Position numbers and translations under genes: made by a program
Source: Bacteroidales bacterium
GTDB lineage: Bacteria; Bacteroidota; Bacteroidia; Bacteroidales; UBA3663
Reading direction: 5' to 3'
Assembly (NCBI GenBank): GCA_024694125.1
Contig: JAILKE010000060.1
Span: forward strand, 35,247 to 99,246
DNA length: 64,000 nucleotides
Notes under the pieces: model-generated
Told to the model about the DNA's origin: nothing
Seen by the model: only the letters and a program-made list of their open reading frames with translations
The model's database searches: none
Shown here: piece after piece, positions 39,847 through 49,329 of the stretch
Position numbering within the stretch: position 1 is the stretch's first letter
How the letters are laid out: each line of letters opens with the position of its first letter

Positions 39847-41148
39847 ATGACAACCATCATTCTGAAACATCATAAGGAGGAGAGCTTGAAGCGCTTTCAT
39901 CCATGGGTATTCTCGGGCGCCATCTACAGGATGGAGGACGAATTCGGCAACGAAGTACAACCCACTGAAGGCGACTGGGTTCGCGTGGTGAGCAGCGCAG
40001 GCGAGTTCCTGGCATTGGGCCAATATCAGATTGGTTCGATTGCTGTGCGCGTATTCACGTTCGAGGAGGACGAGATGGACGACACGTTCTTCCTGCGCCG
40101 CCTGCAGTCGGCCTATGACCTGCGCCGCACCTTGGGCCTGATCCGTCCGGACAACAATGCCTTCCGTCTGGTACACGGCGAGGGCGACGGTCTGCCGGGA
40201 CTGATCATCGATGTATATGACGGTACTGCCGTGATGCAGGCACACACGCCGGGCATACACGACATACGCGAGGCACTCGCCGAAGACCTGATACGTGTGG
40301 CAGGGGCCGATATCCGCAATGTCTATTACAAGTCCGAGACCACATTGGGCTACAAGACCGAAGCCCGCCAGACCGCCGAGGCCGAAGGTGAGTCGGTCAA
40401 CGGTTACCTCATCATCGACGGCAAGAAGGTGCAGTCGGCCGAAGAGGGCCGCGCGCTGGAGGCATCCATCAGCGACGTGGCACTGGAGAATGGACTGAAG
40501 TTCCACGTTGATTGGCTCAAGGGCCAGAAGACGGGCTTCTTCGTGGACCAACGTGAGAACCGCGCCCTGGTCGAGAAGTACGCCGCTGGACGCAAGGTGC
40601 TGAATATGTTCTGCTACACAGGCGGATTCTCGTTCTACGCCATGCGCAGCAATGCCGTGTTGGTTCATTCGGTCGATGTCTCGAAGCAGGCTATCTCGTT
40701 CACCGAAGCCAATGTAACGCTCAATTTCCCGGGTGACAAACGGCACAGCGCCTTTGCAGCCGATGCGTTCGATTATTTGGACAATCCGCAACGCTTCGGT
40801 GCCGACATTGAGCCCGATGCCGACGGATACCTGCCCTACGACCTGGTGATACTCGACCCACCGGCCTTTGCCAAGCACCGCAACGTACTGCGCAATGCCC
40901 TGCGTGGCTATCAGCGGCTCAATGCCAAAGCCCTGGAGAAGATGCGCCCCGGCAGCATACTCTTCACCTTCTCCTGCAGTCAGGTGGTCACCAAGGACGA
41001 CTTCCGCTGTGCCGTTTTCTCGGCCGCAGCCCAGACTGGCCGCCGCGTGCGCATCCTGCACCAGTTGCACCAGCCAGCCGACCACCCCATCAATATCTAT
41101 CACCCCGAGGGTGAATACCTGAAGGGACTGGTACTGTACGTCGAATAA
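39847..41148 (+). CDS. rlmI: 23S rRNA (cytosine-C5) methyltransferase RlmI-like, class I SAM MTase with PUA domain
   Basis: LKRFHPWVFSGAI (PUA N-terminus), VLNMFCYTGGFS (SAM motif I), LDPPAF (motif IV) and TFSCS. Confidence 0.85.
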   Translation: MTTIILKHHKEESLKRFHPWVFSGAIYRMEDEFGNEVQPTEGDWVRVVSSAGEFLALGQYQIGSIAVRVFTFEEDEMDDTFFLRRLQSAYDLRRTLGLIRPDNNAFRLVHGEGDGLPGLIIDVYDGTAVMQAHTPGIHDIREALAEDLIRVAGADIRNVYYKSETTLGYKTEARQTAEAEGESVNGYLIIDGKKVQSAEEGRALEASISDVALENGLKFHVDWLKGQKTGFFVDQRENRALVEKYAAGRKVLNMFCYTGGFSFYAMRSNAVLVHSVDVSKQAISFTEANVTLNFPGDKRHSAFAADAFDYLDNPQRFGADIEPDADGYLPYDLVILDPPAFAKHRNVLRNALRGYQRLNAKALEKMRPGSILFTFSCSQVVTKDDFRCAVFSAAAQTGRRVRILHQLHQPADHPINIYHPEGEYLKGLVLYVE

Positions 41149-41193
41149 CCTGAACCGGGAGTCAGCTCCCACTAAACCATCACCCACTACCCA

Positions 41194-41670
41194 ATGAACA
41201 TCATCGTCGCAGCCTCCGAGAACAACGTCATCGGCAACAAAGGAGGGATGCCCTGGCACCTGTCGGGCGACCTCAAGTACTTCAAGCAGACCACCATGGG
41301 TCACGCCATCATCATGGGGCGCAAGAACTTCGAGTCGATAGGCAGGGCACTGCCTGGCCGACGCAACATCGTCATTTCACGCCAGGCGGACCTGGTTCTG
41401 CCCGAAGGCGTCGAACTCTTTCCGACGCTCGATGCAGCCCTTGCCGCTGCCGGCGACGATGCCTTCGTCATAGGCGGCGGACAGATCTACGCCCAGGCAT
41501 GGGACAAGGCGGACCGCTACTACATCACCCGCGTGCACGCCATCATTGACGAGTACGATACCGTCATTCCTCCATTGCCCGAGGGCGTGCGTCTGGTATC
41601 GAGCCAGGACCAACCTGCCGACGAGAAGAACGACTACGCCGTCTCTTTCCAGGTGTGGGAGCGGGTGTAA
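41194..41670 (+). CDS. folA: dihydrofolate reductase
   Basis: IVAASENNVIGNKGGMPWHLSGDLKYFKQTTMGHAIIMGRKNFESIG and VIGGGQIYA. Confidence 0.93.
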   Translation: MNIIVAASENNVIGNKGGMPWHLSGDLKYFKQTTMGHAIIMGRKNFESIGRALPGRRNIVISRQADLVLPEGVELFPTLDAALAAAGDDAFVIGGGQIYAQAWDKADRYYITRVHAIIDEYDTVIPPLPEGVRLVSSQDQPADEKNDYAVSFQVWERV

Positions 41671-41728
41671 CGAGCAACCCGGAACCAGCCTACAAATGAG
41701 TACCCCGATTGTAAAGCACCTGACCACA

Positions 41729-42541
41729 ATGAAGCCCATCCTCCTTCCACTGACCCTCGCCCTGCTGTCGGCCTGCGCACCCAAAGCCGAGCCGACGCCA
41801 GCCGAACCCGTCCCCGAACCGCAACCACTGCTATCGGGCATAGCCGACAGCATCTATGTGGCAGGTTCGATGGCCGATGTCCGCCCCTGGCAGACGGCGG
41901 CGGACTCCGACTTCGTGCGACTGGCGGACGTGGTGCCCGACATCGTGCAGGAGATCCGCTACTACACGACCTACAACTTCGTGGGCCGACGCATCCCCGG
42001 ATACGAGGCCCCCGTGGCACTGCTGACCCGCCGCGCAGCGGACAGTCTCGCACTGGTCAGCCGCGACGTGATGGAGCAGGGTTACAGACTCAAGGTATTC
42101 GATGCCTACCGCCCGCAGCGCGCGGTGCTCTACTTCATCGGTTGGGCACGACAAGAGGCCGACACGCTGATGAAGCCCTACTTCTATCCCGGCACAGACA
42201 AGGCTGACTGCTTCCGCCTGGGCTACCTGGCGCACAGGTCAGGGCACACGCGAGGTTCGACCATCGACTTGACTCTGTTCGACATGCAGACTGGCAAGGA
42301 GGTCGATATGGGTGGACCGTACGATTACTTCGACTCCATCTCGCACTACTGGCACCGTGAGGGTGTGACTGCCCAACAGTTCCGCCACCGCCGTCTGTTG
42401 CGCGAGAGCATGATGCGCCACGGTTTCAAACCGATAGGCACGGAATGGTGGCACTTCACATTGATCAATGAACCCTACCCCACCCGCACGTTCGACTTTC
42501 CCATCACGGACATCGAGCACACTACTGTAGCGTATCGTTGA
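41729..42541 (+). CDS. D-alanyl-D-alanine dipeptidase (M15D, VanX/DdpX-like) lipoprotein
   Basis: The lipoprotein signal is MKPILLPLTLALLSAC. Motifs are FDAYRPQRAV, SGHTRGSTIDLTL and EWWHFTL. An alternative ATG is at 41696. Confidence 0.85.
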   Translation: MKPILLPLTLALLSACAPKAEPTPAEPVPEPQPLLSGIADSIYVAGSMADVRPWQTAADSDFVRLADVVPDIVQEIRYYTTYNFVGRRIPGYEAPVALLTRRAADSLALVSRDVMEQGYRLKVFDAYRPQRAVLYFIGWARQEADTLMKPYFYPGTDKADCFRLGYLAHRSGHTRGSTIDLTLFDMQTGKEVDMGGPYDYFDSISHYWHREGVTAQQFRHRRLLRESMMRHGFKPIGTEWWHFTLINEPYPTRTFDFPITDIEHTTVAYR

Positions 42542-42759
42542 GCGTATTTTTAAAGTAAGACCAGCCATAGTGCAGCGTAAGACCAGCGTAAGTGAAAAGT
42601 CTTACTCTTGTCTTACGCTGAACTTATGCAGACCCATCCCATCGCCCCCGTTGTCCGATACCCCAAGGTACCCCGATGCAAGGGATTCGTCTCCTTATTT
42701 TGGGGGCCGATAGCCAGGGCAGCCCCTTGTACCATCATTGTTATTTTGTTCAATAGATA

Positions 42760-42829
42760 CGTCCTTGGTCCCTTTGTACTTTGTACCTTGTCACTTTGTA
42801 CTTGGTCCTCTGTCCCTTTGTCACTTACC
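42760..42829 (-). repeat. reverse-complement AAAGTGAC/AAAGTAC word array
   Basis: CGTCCttggtccctttgtactttgtaccttgtcactttgtacttggtcctctgtccctttgtcactt ends 3 nt before the ATG at 42833. Confidence 0.9.
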
Positions 42830-42832
42830 ATC

Positions 42833-43525
42833 ATGTTGATTCTCATCCCCGATTCATGCACAGGGCCCGACATAACGGCGGGCATCAATTACGCCAACGC
42901 CGTGATGCGCGCTGGCCACACCCCCATGGTATTGCCCCACACCGATGACCCCGAAACGATATGCCGGGCGATGACCCAGGCGGACGGACTGCTGCTGCCA
43001 GGCGGCGAAGATGATGTCGCGCCCTGGCACTATGGCGAGAGTCCATTGCCCGAGATTGGTCCCGTCAACGAACGGCGCGACGCCTTCGAGATGGCACTGC
43101 TGCGCCAGGCAGCCGCACAGCGCAAACCCGTACTGGGCATATGTCGCGGCATTCAGGTCATCAATGCCTGCTTCGGCGGCAGCCTGTGGCAAGACCTGCC
43201 TACCCAGATGCCCCACAGCGACATCGAGCACAACCGCCCCGATGCCAAGTGGAGCGGCGTGCACGACATCGACATCGAACCACAATCGCGCCTGGCCCAC
43301 ATACTGGGCGTCACCCATGCGTCGGTCAACAGCACGCACCACCAGGCGGTACATTGTCCCGCTCCCGGCTTCGTCACATCGGCCCACAGCGCCGACGGAG
43401 TAGTCGAGGCAATCGAGCACACCGAGCTGCCCATCATCGGCGTACAGTTCCACCCCGAGCGTTTAGCTACCGGCGACGACACGGTATTCACCCGTCTGTT
43501 CCAGATGAATTTCGGCCAACATTGA
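42833..43525 (+). CDS. gamma-glutamyl-GABA hydrolase-like class I glutamine amidotransferase (peptidase C26)
   Basis: PVLGICRGIQVIN (nucleophile Cys elbow) and GVQFHPE. The start was moved to MLILIP downstream of the repeat array. Confidence 0.85.
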   Translation: MLILIPDSCTGPDITAGINYANAVMRAGHTPMVLPHTDDPETICRAMTQADGLLLPGGEDDVAPWHYGESPLPEIGPVNERRDAFEMALLRQAAAQRKPVLGICRGIQVINACFGGSLWQDLPTQMPHSDIEHNRPDAKWSGVHDIDIEPQSRLAHILGVTHASVNSTHHQAVHCPAPGFVTSAHSADGVVEAIEHTELPIIGVQFHPERLATGDDTVFTRLFQMNFGQH

Positions 43526-43666
43526 GCACTGTCACACCGAACGACGACGGACCCACATCGGTCATAAATGCTCAATGCAGTTTACAATTGAGCAAAATAA
43601 AGCACAAAAACGCCCCAATTCCCGAAGAATTAAGGGACATGCGGCACCTATATGATTGAAAAAATG

Positions 43667-43674
43667 TATCTTTG
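43667..43674 (+). promoter_or_regulatory. -7 box TATCTTTG upstream of rplM
   Basis: TAnnTTTG match about 130 nt upstream of the rplM GTG start. The intervening leader contains the palindrome GACAAGCTTGTC flanked by CCCCG..CGGGG. Confidence 0.55.
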
Positions 43675-43802
43675 CAAGCCGATTTGCGAAGAAGGTATCA
43701 GCCGACGACGCTCAAAACGGTGGCATTCCCCGACAAGCTTGTCCGTAAGCCGGGGCTCTGCACAGGTAATACATTTATTAATTATTAAATCCAAAATCAA
43801 CA

Positions 43803-44261
43803 GTGGATACTTTATCTTACAAGACCATTTCTGTCAACAAAGCAACTGCGCAGAAAGAATGGGTTGTAGTGGACGCTACTGATCAGGTAATGGGTCGTCT
43901 CTGCGCTAAGGTCGCAAAGATCCTCCGTGGTAAGTACAAGCCAAGCTACACCCCTAATGTTGATTGTGGTGACAACGTCATCATCATCAACGCTGAGAAA
44001 GTGACTATGACCGGCAACAAGTGGACTGAGCGCGAGTGGCTCACCTTCACTGGTTATCCAAGCGGCCAGCGTGTACACACCGCAGCCAGCGTAACCGCCA
44101 AGAACGGCTATGCAGCTCTCTTCCAAATCGTGCTCAAGGGCATGCTCCCAAAGAACAAACTGGGTGCTCAGCTTCTGAAGAACGTTCGTGTTTACGAGGG
44201 TTCAGAATACAAAGAGGTAGCTCAGCAGCCTAAGGTAATTGACATTAACACTCTTAAGTAA
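43803..44261 (+). CDS. rplM: 50S ribosomal protein L13
   Basis: KEWVVVDATDQVMGRLCAKVAKILRGKYKPSYTPNVDCGDNVIIINAEKV. The start codon is GTG. Confidence 0.97.
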   Translation: MDTLSYKTISVNKATAQKEWVVVDATDQVMGRLCAKVAKILRGKYKPSYTPNVDCGDNVIIINAEKVTMTGNKWTEREWLTFTGYPSGQRVHTAASVTAKNGYAALFQIVLKGMLPKNKLGAQLLKNVRVYEGSEYKEVAQQPKVIDINTLK

Positions 44262-44270
44262 TAGACAAGT

Positions 44271-44660
44271 ATGGCAGAAGTAATCAATGCAATCGGTCGT
44301 CGTAAAGCAGCCGTTGCCCGCGTTTATGTTGCTGCTGGTGCCGGTAACATCACCATCAACAAGAAGGATCTCCAGGCCTACTTCCCATCGTCTATCCTTC
44401 AGTTCATCGTTAAGCAGCCTCTCAACGAAGTAGGCGTTGCTGAGCAGTATGACGTAAAGGTTACCCTTCAGGGTGGTGGCTACAAAGGCCAGGCTGAGGC
44501 TCTTCGCCTCGCCATCGCACGTGCACTCGTCAAGATTGATGCCGAGAACAAGGCAGCTCTCCGCAAGGCAGGCTTCCTCACTCGTGATGCACGTATCGTT
44601 GAACGTAAGAAGCCAGGTCAGCCAAAGGCTCGTCGTCGCTTCCAGTTCAGCAAGCGTTAA
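44271..44660 (+). CDS. rpsI: 30S ribosomal protein S9
   Basis: GRRKAAVARVYV...GGGYKGQAEALRLAIARAL...KPGQPKARRRFQFSKR. Confidence 0.97.
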   Translation: MAEVINAIGRRKAAVARVYVAAGAGNITINKKDLQAYFPSSILQFIVKQPLNEVGVAEQYDVKVTLQGGGYKGQAEALRLAIARALVKIDAENKAALRKAGFLTRDARIVERKKPGQPKARRRFQFSKR

Positions 44661-44790
44661 TATCCCCAGCCGCGTGAAGCGTGCTGAGATATTTACGCGT
44701 TTAGTATCTAAATCCGACAGGACCCTGCCCACAGCAGACTACCTGCGGGTTGCATAACAAGAATGTAAACAAAAAAAATCATTGACAAAT

Positions 44791-45618
44791 ATGTCACGTA
44801 CAAATTTTGATCAACTTTTGGAGGCCGGCGTTCACTTCGGACACCTCAAGAGCAAGTGGAACCCAGCAATGGCTCCTTACATCTTCATGGAGCGTAACGG
44901 CATCCATATCATAGACCTGAATAAGACAGTTGCTAAAATCGACGAGGCAGCTGAGCAGCTCAAGGCTATCGCCAAGAGCGGCAAGAAGGTGCTTTTCGTC
45001 GCTACTAAGAAGCAGGCCAAGGAGGTCGTAGCCGAGAAGGCTCAGGCCGTTGGCATGCCATACGTGATCGAGCGCTGGCCAGGCGGTATGCTCACCAACT
45101 TCACCACCATCCGCAAGGCTGTGAAGAAGATGGCCAACATCGACAAGCTCACCAAGGACGGTACTTTCAATAACCTCTCTAAGCGCGAGCGTCTGCAGAT
45201 CAGCCGCCAGCGTGAGAAGTTGGAGAAGAACCTCGGTTCTATCGCCGACCTGAACCGTCTCCCATCGGCTCTCTTCGTAGTCGATGTAATGAAGGAGCAC
45301 ATCGCCGTTGCTGAGGCTGTTCGTCTGGGCATCCCAGTATTCGGTATGGTCGATACCAACTCGAACCCACGTGATATCGATTATGTAATCCCTGCTAACG
45401 ATGACGCTACCAAGTCTATCGACGCTGTCATGACTGCTATCTGCCAGGCTATCGCCGAGGGTCTCGAGGAGCGCAAAGTAGAGAAGGCCGACAGCGATGC
45501 TGCTGAGGCATCGGGCAAGGCTCCACGCAAGAGCAAGAAGGCCGAGGCTGCTGCAGAGGCTGAGACCGAGCAGGTTGCTGAGGCTGCTGCTGAGGAGGCA
45601 GAGGAGGCTGAGGCTTAA
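44791..45618 (+). CDS. rpsB: 30S ribosomal protein S2
   Basis: [32 protein letters not shown], with an A/E-rich C-terminal extension. The ATG at 44791 is preferred over the TTG at 44782. Confidence 0.96.
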   Translation: MSRTNFDQLLEAGVHFGHLKSKWNPAMAPYIFMERNGIHIIDLNKTVAKIDEAAEQLKAIAKSGKKVLFVATKKQAKEVVAEKAQAVGMPYVIERWPGGMLTNFTTIRKAVKKMANIDKLTKDGTFNNLSKRERLQISRQREKLEKNLGSIADLNRLPSALFVVDVMKEHIAVAEAVRLGIPVFGMVDTNSNPRDIDYVIPANDDATKSIDAVMTAICQAIAEGLEERKVEKADSDAAEASGKAPRKSKKAEAAAEAETEQVAEAAAEEAEEAEA

Positions 45619-45648
45619 TACATAACCCCTTAATTACTGAATACAATT

Positions 45649-46635
45649 ATGGCAGTTTCAATTGCAGATATCAAGAAACTTCGTGAACTCACCCAGGCTG
45701 GTATGGGCGACTGCAAAAAGGCGCTCGAGGAGTCAAACGGCGACTTCGATGCAGCTGTAAAGTGGATTCGCGAGAAGTTTACCAAAATCGCAGCCAAGCG
45801 TGAAGCTCGCGACGCTGCTCAGGGTGTAGTCATCGCTCGTACTGAAGGCGACTTCGGTGCTATCATGGCTCTCAAGTGCGAAACCGAGTCGGTTGCCAAC
45901 AACGACCGCTTCCAGGATCTTGCCAAGGCTATCATGGACCTCATCATGGCCAACAAGCCAGCCGACCAGGCTGCCCTGCTCGCTCTCCCTCTCGAGGGCA
46001 GCAACGTACAGGACGTCATCACCGAGCGCAGTGGTGCTTGCGGTGAGAAGATGGAGGTAGTCTATGACTTCGTCAAGGGTGCCGGTGTAGTAGCATACAA
46101 CCACTTCAACCACATGCTCTCTTCAGTAGTAGCTTTCAACGCTAATGCTTCGGAGGAGGCTCTCAAGGCCGTTGCATGCCAGGTAGTTGCTATGAACCCA
46201 GTAGCTGTAAACGCTGACGAGATTCCACAGGAGAAGAAGGACGAGGAGCTCAACATCGCTATCATCAAGACCAAGGAGGAGCAGATTCAGAAGGCAGTCG
46301 AGGCTGCACTGAAGAAGGCTGGTCTCAATCCTAACCACTTCGACAGCGAGGATCACATCGAGAGCAACATGTCTAAGGGCTGGATTACTGCCGAGCAGGC
46401 AGAGCAGGGTCGCAAGATCATGAAGGAAGCTGCTGAGCAGAAGGCTGCCAACTTGCCTGAGGCCATGATTCAGAACATCGCCAAGGGTCGTCTGAACAAG
46501 TTCTTCAAGGAGAATTGCCTTGTTGAGCAGGAGTTCATCAACGACGCTAAGATGAATGTACAGCAGTACATGGATTCTGTACAGAAGGGCCTGACGGTTA
46601 CCGCTTTCAAGCGTATCAACCTCAATCAGGATTAA
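45649..46635 (+). CDS. tsf: translation elongation factor Ts
   Basis: IKKLRELTQAGMGDCKKALEESNGDFDAAVKWIREK (UBA-like N-terminus). The gene follows rpsB, the conserved order. Confidence 0.95.
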   Translation: MAVSIADIKKLRELTQAGMGDCKKALEESNGDFDAAVKWIREKFTKIAAKREARDAAQGVVIARTEGDFGAIMALKCETESVANNDRFQDLAKAIMDLIMANKPADQAALLALPLEGSNVQDVITERSGACGEKMEVVYDFVKGAGVVAYNHFNHMLSSVVAFNANASEEALKAVACQVVAMNPVAVNADEIPQEKKDEELNIAIIKTKEEQIQKAVEAALKKAGLNPNHFDSEDHIESNMSKGWITAEQAEQGRKIMKEAAEQKAANLPEAMIQNIAKGRLNKFFKENCLVEQEFINDAKMNVQQYMDSVQKGLTVTAFKRINLNQD

Positions 46636-46646
46636 ACAATAAATAT

Positions 46647-46681
46647 TTTCTTTCCATCGCCCTGTGTGCGATGGAAAGAAA
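46647..46681 (+). other. 14-bp perfect hairpin between tsf and tRNA-Pro (processing or termination signal)
   Basis: TTTCTTTCCATCGC (46647-46660), loop CCTGTGT, GCGATGGAAAGAAA (46668-46681). There is no U tract. Confidence 0.5.
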
Positions 46682-46688
46682 ATTACCA

Positions 46689-46761
46689 CGGGGTGTGGCG
46701 CAGTTGGTAGCGCGCTACGTTCGGGACGTAGAGGCCGCCCGTTCGAGTCGGGTCACCCCGA
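46689..46761 (+). tRNA. tRNA-Pro (anticodon CGG)
   Basis: The cloverleaf was folded by hand. Acceptor CGGGGTG/CACCCCG, D arm GCGC..GCGC, anticodon stem CTACG/CGTAG with loop TTCGGGA, T arm GCCCG-TTCGAGT-CGGGT. No CCA is encoded. Confidence 0.9.
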
Positions 46762-46871
46762 CAGATGTTCAGTTCACAGTTTACGGAAGTCCGTCTTTGG
46801 TTACTCATTTCCATTGCTGATCACTGAATGAAGTCGGAACAACATACCGTTTACTTTAATAAACAGAACAG

Positions 46872-46905
46872 TAGCCGCAGATTGTCGAAATCTGTGGCTA
46901 TTTTT
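46872..46905 (+). terminator. Rho-independent terminator after tRNA-Pro
   Basis: TAGCCGCAGAT (46872-46882) pairs with ATCTGTGGCTA (46890-46900), with one G-U pair. It is followed by TTTTT. Confidence 0.7.
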
Positions 46906-47000
46906 ATGTTGTACAACATCTAAAGGCATTGAAAAACAACTATTTTCGGGTAAAAGTGAAAATTTATTAGAATAAAGTTTGTGCAATAAAATAAAATTTC

Positions 47001-47008
47001 TATATTTG
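47001..47008 (+). promoter_or_regulatory. -7 box TATATTTG
   Basis: TAnnTTTG match about 32 nt upstream of the ATG at 47040. Confidence 0.5.
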
Positions 47009-47039
47009 CAGTACGGAAAATTATTTAATACTTAAGGCC

Positions 47040-48083
47040 ATGAAGTTTTATAGAATTACACTAATTTGCACATTGATAGTGTGTAGTATCGTAGGCCTTT
47101 ATTCATGCGGTCATAACGAGGAATTGGAGGATGATATTCCACACGCAATGAAGAGCCTAAACAGCAAAGCAGACTTTATGGCTCTGCTACAGGACGGTTC
47201 TGTAATGTTCTTCAAGAAGACATCAGAGAACACCTGCGCTGTAGTTTCTAACCCCAACGGCATCATGGGAGATGTCGAAATACCTACTTCTGTTTACTTT
47301 GAGAGTGTCAGGTATCAAGTGACGAGCATCAACGCCGGTGCGTTCAGCGGCTGCGTAGGACTCACTTCCCTCTCCATTCCTAATACTGTGAGCAGTATTG
47401 GAGAGCGAGCCTTTGCTGGTTGCGAGCACATGGCTACGGTACTGATACCGGAGCAGCTCAAGGAGATACCATACCGTACATTCTACAAGTGCAAGAGGCT
47501 CAGCAAGGTCGAGCTGCCTACTTCCATCAAGAGCATTGACAAGGAAGCATTCTCGGGCTGCCAGAACCTGACGAACTTCAACTTGCCGGACAGCTTGATC
47601 TTCATTCGCGAAGGAGCATTCAAGAACTGCTCTAACCTGCGTGGACTCAGCCTGCCGAAGACCATCAACGAAATCGAGGCCGACGCCTTTGCCGGATGCT
47701 CCAATCTGGAGGCATTACCATTGCCAGGCAATATCCGTCACATCGAGTCGTGGATGTTCAAGGACTGCGAGCAGTTGCGCGAACTTCGCATGACGGACAA
47801 TGTAGTCTATATCGCCGACTACGCCTTCAAGGGTTGCGTCAGCCTTACCTACATCGAGTTGTCAGCATCGTTGCTCAACATTGGACGCTGGGCGTTCACC
47901 GACTGTGACAGCATCCAGACGATTGTATGTCGAGCTGCCGAGCCGCCACATCTGCTCAACAGTTCATTCGACTGCTACGATTACGCCGTCCTATTGGTTC
48001 CCGAAGGCAGTCTTGAAGCCTATCGAAATGCTCCATACTGGAGTCAGTTCAAGACCATACGCGAAATCAAGATCGACAAGTAA
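47040..48083 (+). CDS. BspA-type leucine-rich-repeat (LRR_5) lipoprotein/surface protein
   Basis: The lipoprotein-like signal is LICTLIVCSIVGLYSC. Repeats of ~23 aa recur (IPNTVSSIGERAFAGCEHM, LPTSIKSIDKEAFSGCQNL, LPDSLIFIREGAFKNCSNL ...). Confidence 0.85.
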   Translation: MKFYRITLICTLIVCSIVGLYSCGHNEELEDDIPHAMKSLNSKADFMALLQDGSVMFFKKTSENTCAVVSNPNGIMGDVEIPTSVYFESVRYQVTSINAGAFSGCVGLTSLSIPNTVSSIGERAFAGCEHMATVLIPEQLKEIPYRTFYKCKRLSKVELPTSIKSIDKEAFSGCQNLTNFNLPDSLIFIREGAFKNCSNLRGLSLPKTINEIEADAFAGCSNLEALPLPGNIRHIESWMFKDCEQLRELRMTDNVVYIADYAFKGCVSLTYIELSASLLNIGRWAFTDCDSIQTIVCRAAEPPHLLNSSFDCYDYAVLLVPEGSLEAYRNAPYWSQFKTIREIKIDK

Positions 48084-48262
48084 GGCCCTCACATCGGCCC
48101 ACTATACCACAGTAAAACTGCTAAACTGCAATCGATACACCATTAACTGCGACAACGACAAGTAACTGTACTACGAGAGATGACAAGACGACTGAATCCC
48201 AACAACTGCATTTTACTGTACAACAGCTGAAGCGACTGACCATCAGTTACGGCATTCATCAT

Positions 48263-48346
48263 ACCACAAGGTGCACATGGCACCAAAAGGCACACATCGT
48301 ACCACAAGGTGCACATGGTACCAAAAGGCACACATAGTACCACAAC
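48263..48346 (+). repeat. 38-bp tandem duplication (2.2 copies)
   Basis: accacaaggtgcacatggcaccaaaaggcacacatcgt (48263-48300) is repeated at 48301-48338 with three mismatches, followed by a partial third copy. Confidence 0.9.
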
Positions 48347-48362
48347 TGAATACAAAATATAA

Positions 48363-48404
48363 CGGCAGGAGTATCGAAAGGTACTCCTGCCGCACTTATT
48401 TTAT
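48363..48404. terminator. bidirectional hairpin terminator
   Basis: An 11-bp stem pairs CGGCAGGAGTA (48363-48373) with TACTCCTGCCG (48382-48392). T-rich tracts lie on both sides. Confidence 0.6.
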
Positions 48405-48409
48405 ATATA

Positions 48410-48453
48410 CAAGTTTCGCAAGTCTTCAACTTGCGCACTTTACTATCGAAGGG
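48410..48453 (+). repeat. CAAGTTTCGCAAGTCTTCAACTTGC-family element (one arm only)
   Basis: caagtttcgcaagtcttcaacttgcgcactttactatcgaaggg closely matches 59646-59690. It lies directly downstream of the stop of 48456-49208 (-). Confidence 0.8.
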
Positions 48454-48455
48454 AA

Positions 48456-49208
48456 TTACTGCTTGTTGAACTTAAAACCGACCTTCATGCCCTCGTACTT
48501 GCTGGCCAGGCTGGATACAGTGCTAAGCATCGAGAAGCGGCTGCCGAGCGTCTTCATGAAGGTGAGGAACTTGTCACCGTCGAAGGTGAGCAGCATCTGT
48601 TCGCCCGATACAGTGACGTAGCAGCGGAACGAGGTGCCGGTCTGAGTGGTGAGGGTGATGGTCTTGGTACTGTTGTCGAAGGTGTAAGTACCGGTGCGCT
48701 GTATGCTGCCCACAGAGTAAGTCATGTTACCGTTCGACTCGAAGGTGAAGGTCATACGGCCTGGCTTGATGCTTGCCAATTTATAGAGCGAAGCCAGCTT
48801 CTCCTCGAGTTTCTCGGCTATGGCAGTACCGCCAGCCTGAGTGAGGTAATCCTGGCTCTCGAACTGTACGCTTGGAGAGTCGTATGCCCATGTTCCGACC
48901 ACAGTGGCCGATGTAGTTGTCACGTCACCTGCAACGGATGCAATGAGGTTGGAAAGGAGACTGCCAGTCGATTCCGACACCTCGGAAGTGGTGGTGCTGA
49001 CTACGCTGTTGAGCACCGAACCGAGCACGTTGGAAGAGGTGGTCGATGAGGTACCCTGCGTACCGGAATTGTCTGTTGTAGTGGTCGCACCTTGAGCAGC
49101 GGCATTCGCCATCTGCGAGAGCAAGTTAGACAGGACACTCTGAGCCTGTACAGGTTGAGCAGCCATGCAGAAAGCAGCCAACGCACTTGCAAAGAAAATC
49201 TTTTTCAT
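48456..49208 (-). CDS. DUF4923-like secreted lipocalin-like protein
   Basis: The start is at MKKIFFASALAAFCMAAQPVQAQ (signal peptide). A T/S-rich linker is followed by VVGTWAYDSP...GTYTFDNSTKTITL. Confidence 0.6.
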   Translation of the reverse strand: MKKIFFASALAAFCMAAQPVQAQSVLSNLLSQMANAAAQGATTTTDNSGTQGTSSTTSSNVLGSVLNSVVSTTTSEVSESTGSLLSNLIASVAGDVTTTSATVVGTWAYDSPSVQFESQDYLTQAGGTAIAEKLEEKLASLYKLASIKPGRMTFTFESNGNMTYSVGSIQRTGTYTFDNSTKTITLTTQTGTSFRCYVTVSGEQMLLTFDGDKFLTFMKTLGSRFSMLSTVSSLASKYEGMKVGFKFNKQ

Positions 49209-49282
49209 AGTTGTAGTTAATGATATTGAGAGTTTGATTAATTCTTTTGGGGGCATTACTTGTACATGATATTTCAGCGATG

Positions 49283-49290
49283 CAAAGATA
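49283..49290 (-). promoter_or_regulatory. -7 box TATCTTTG (minus strand)
   Basis: The reverse complement of CAAAGATA lies about 75 nt upstream of the ATG at 49208. Confidence 0.5.
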
Positions 49291-49329
49291 AATCTTTTTA
49301 TTGATTCAGCCAAATATATGTTCTAAATT

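Noticed and set aside
46689-48450. tRNA-Pro as the attachment site of an island carrying the LRR gene
   Set aside because: I could find no direct repeat of the tRNA 3' end downstream of the LRR gene, and no integrase is present. The LRR gene has its own promoter and may simply be a resident surface-protein gene.
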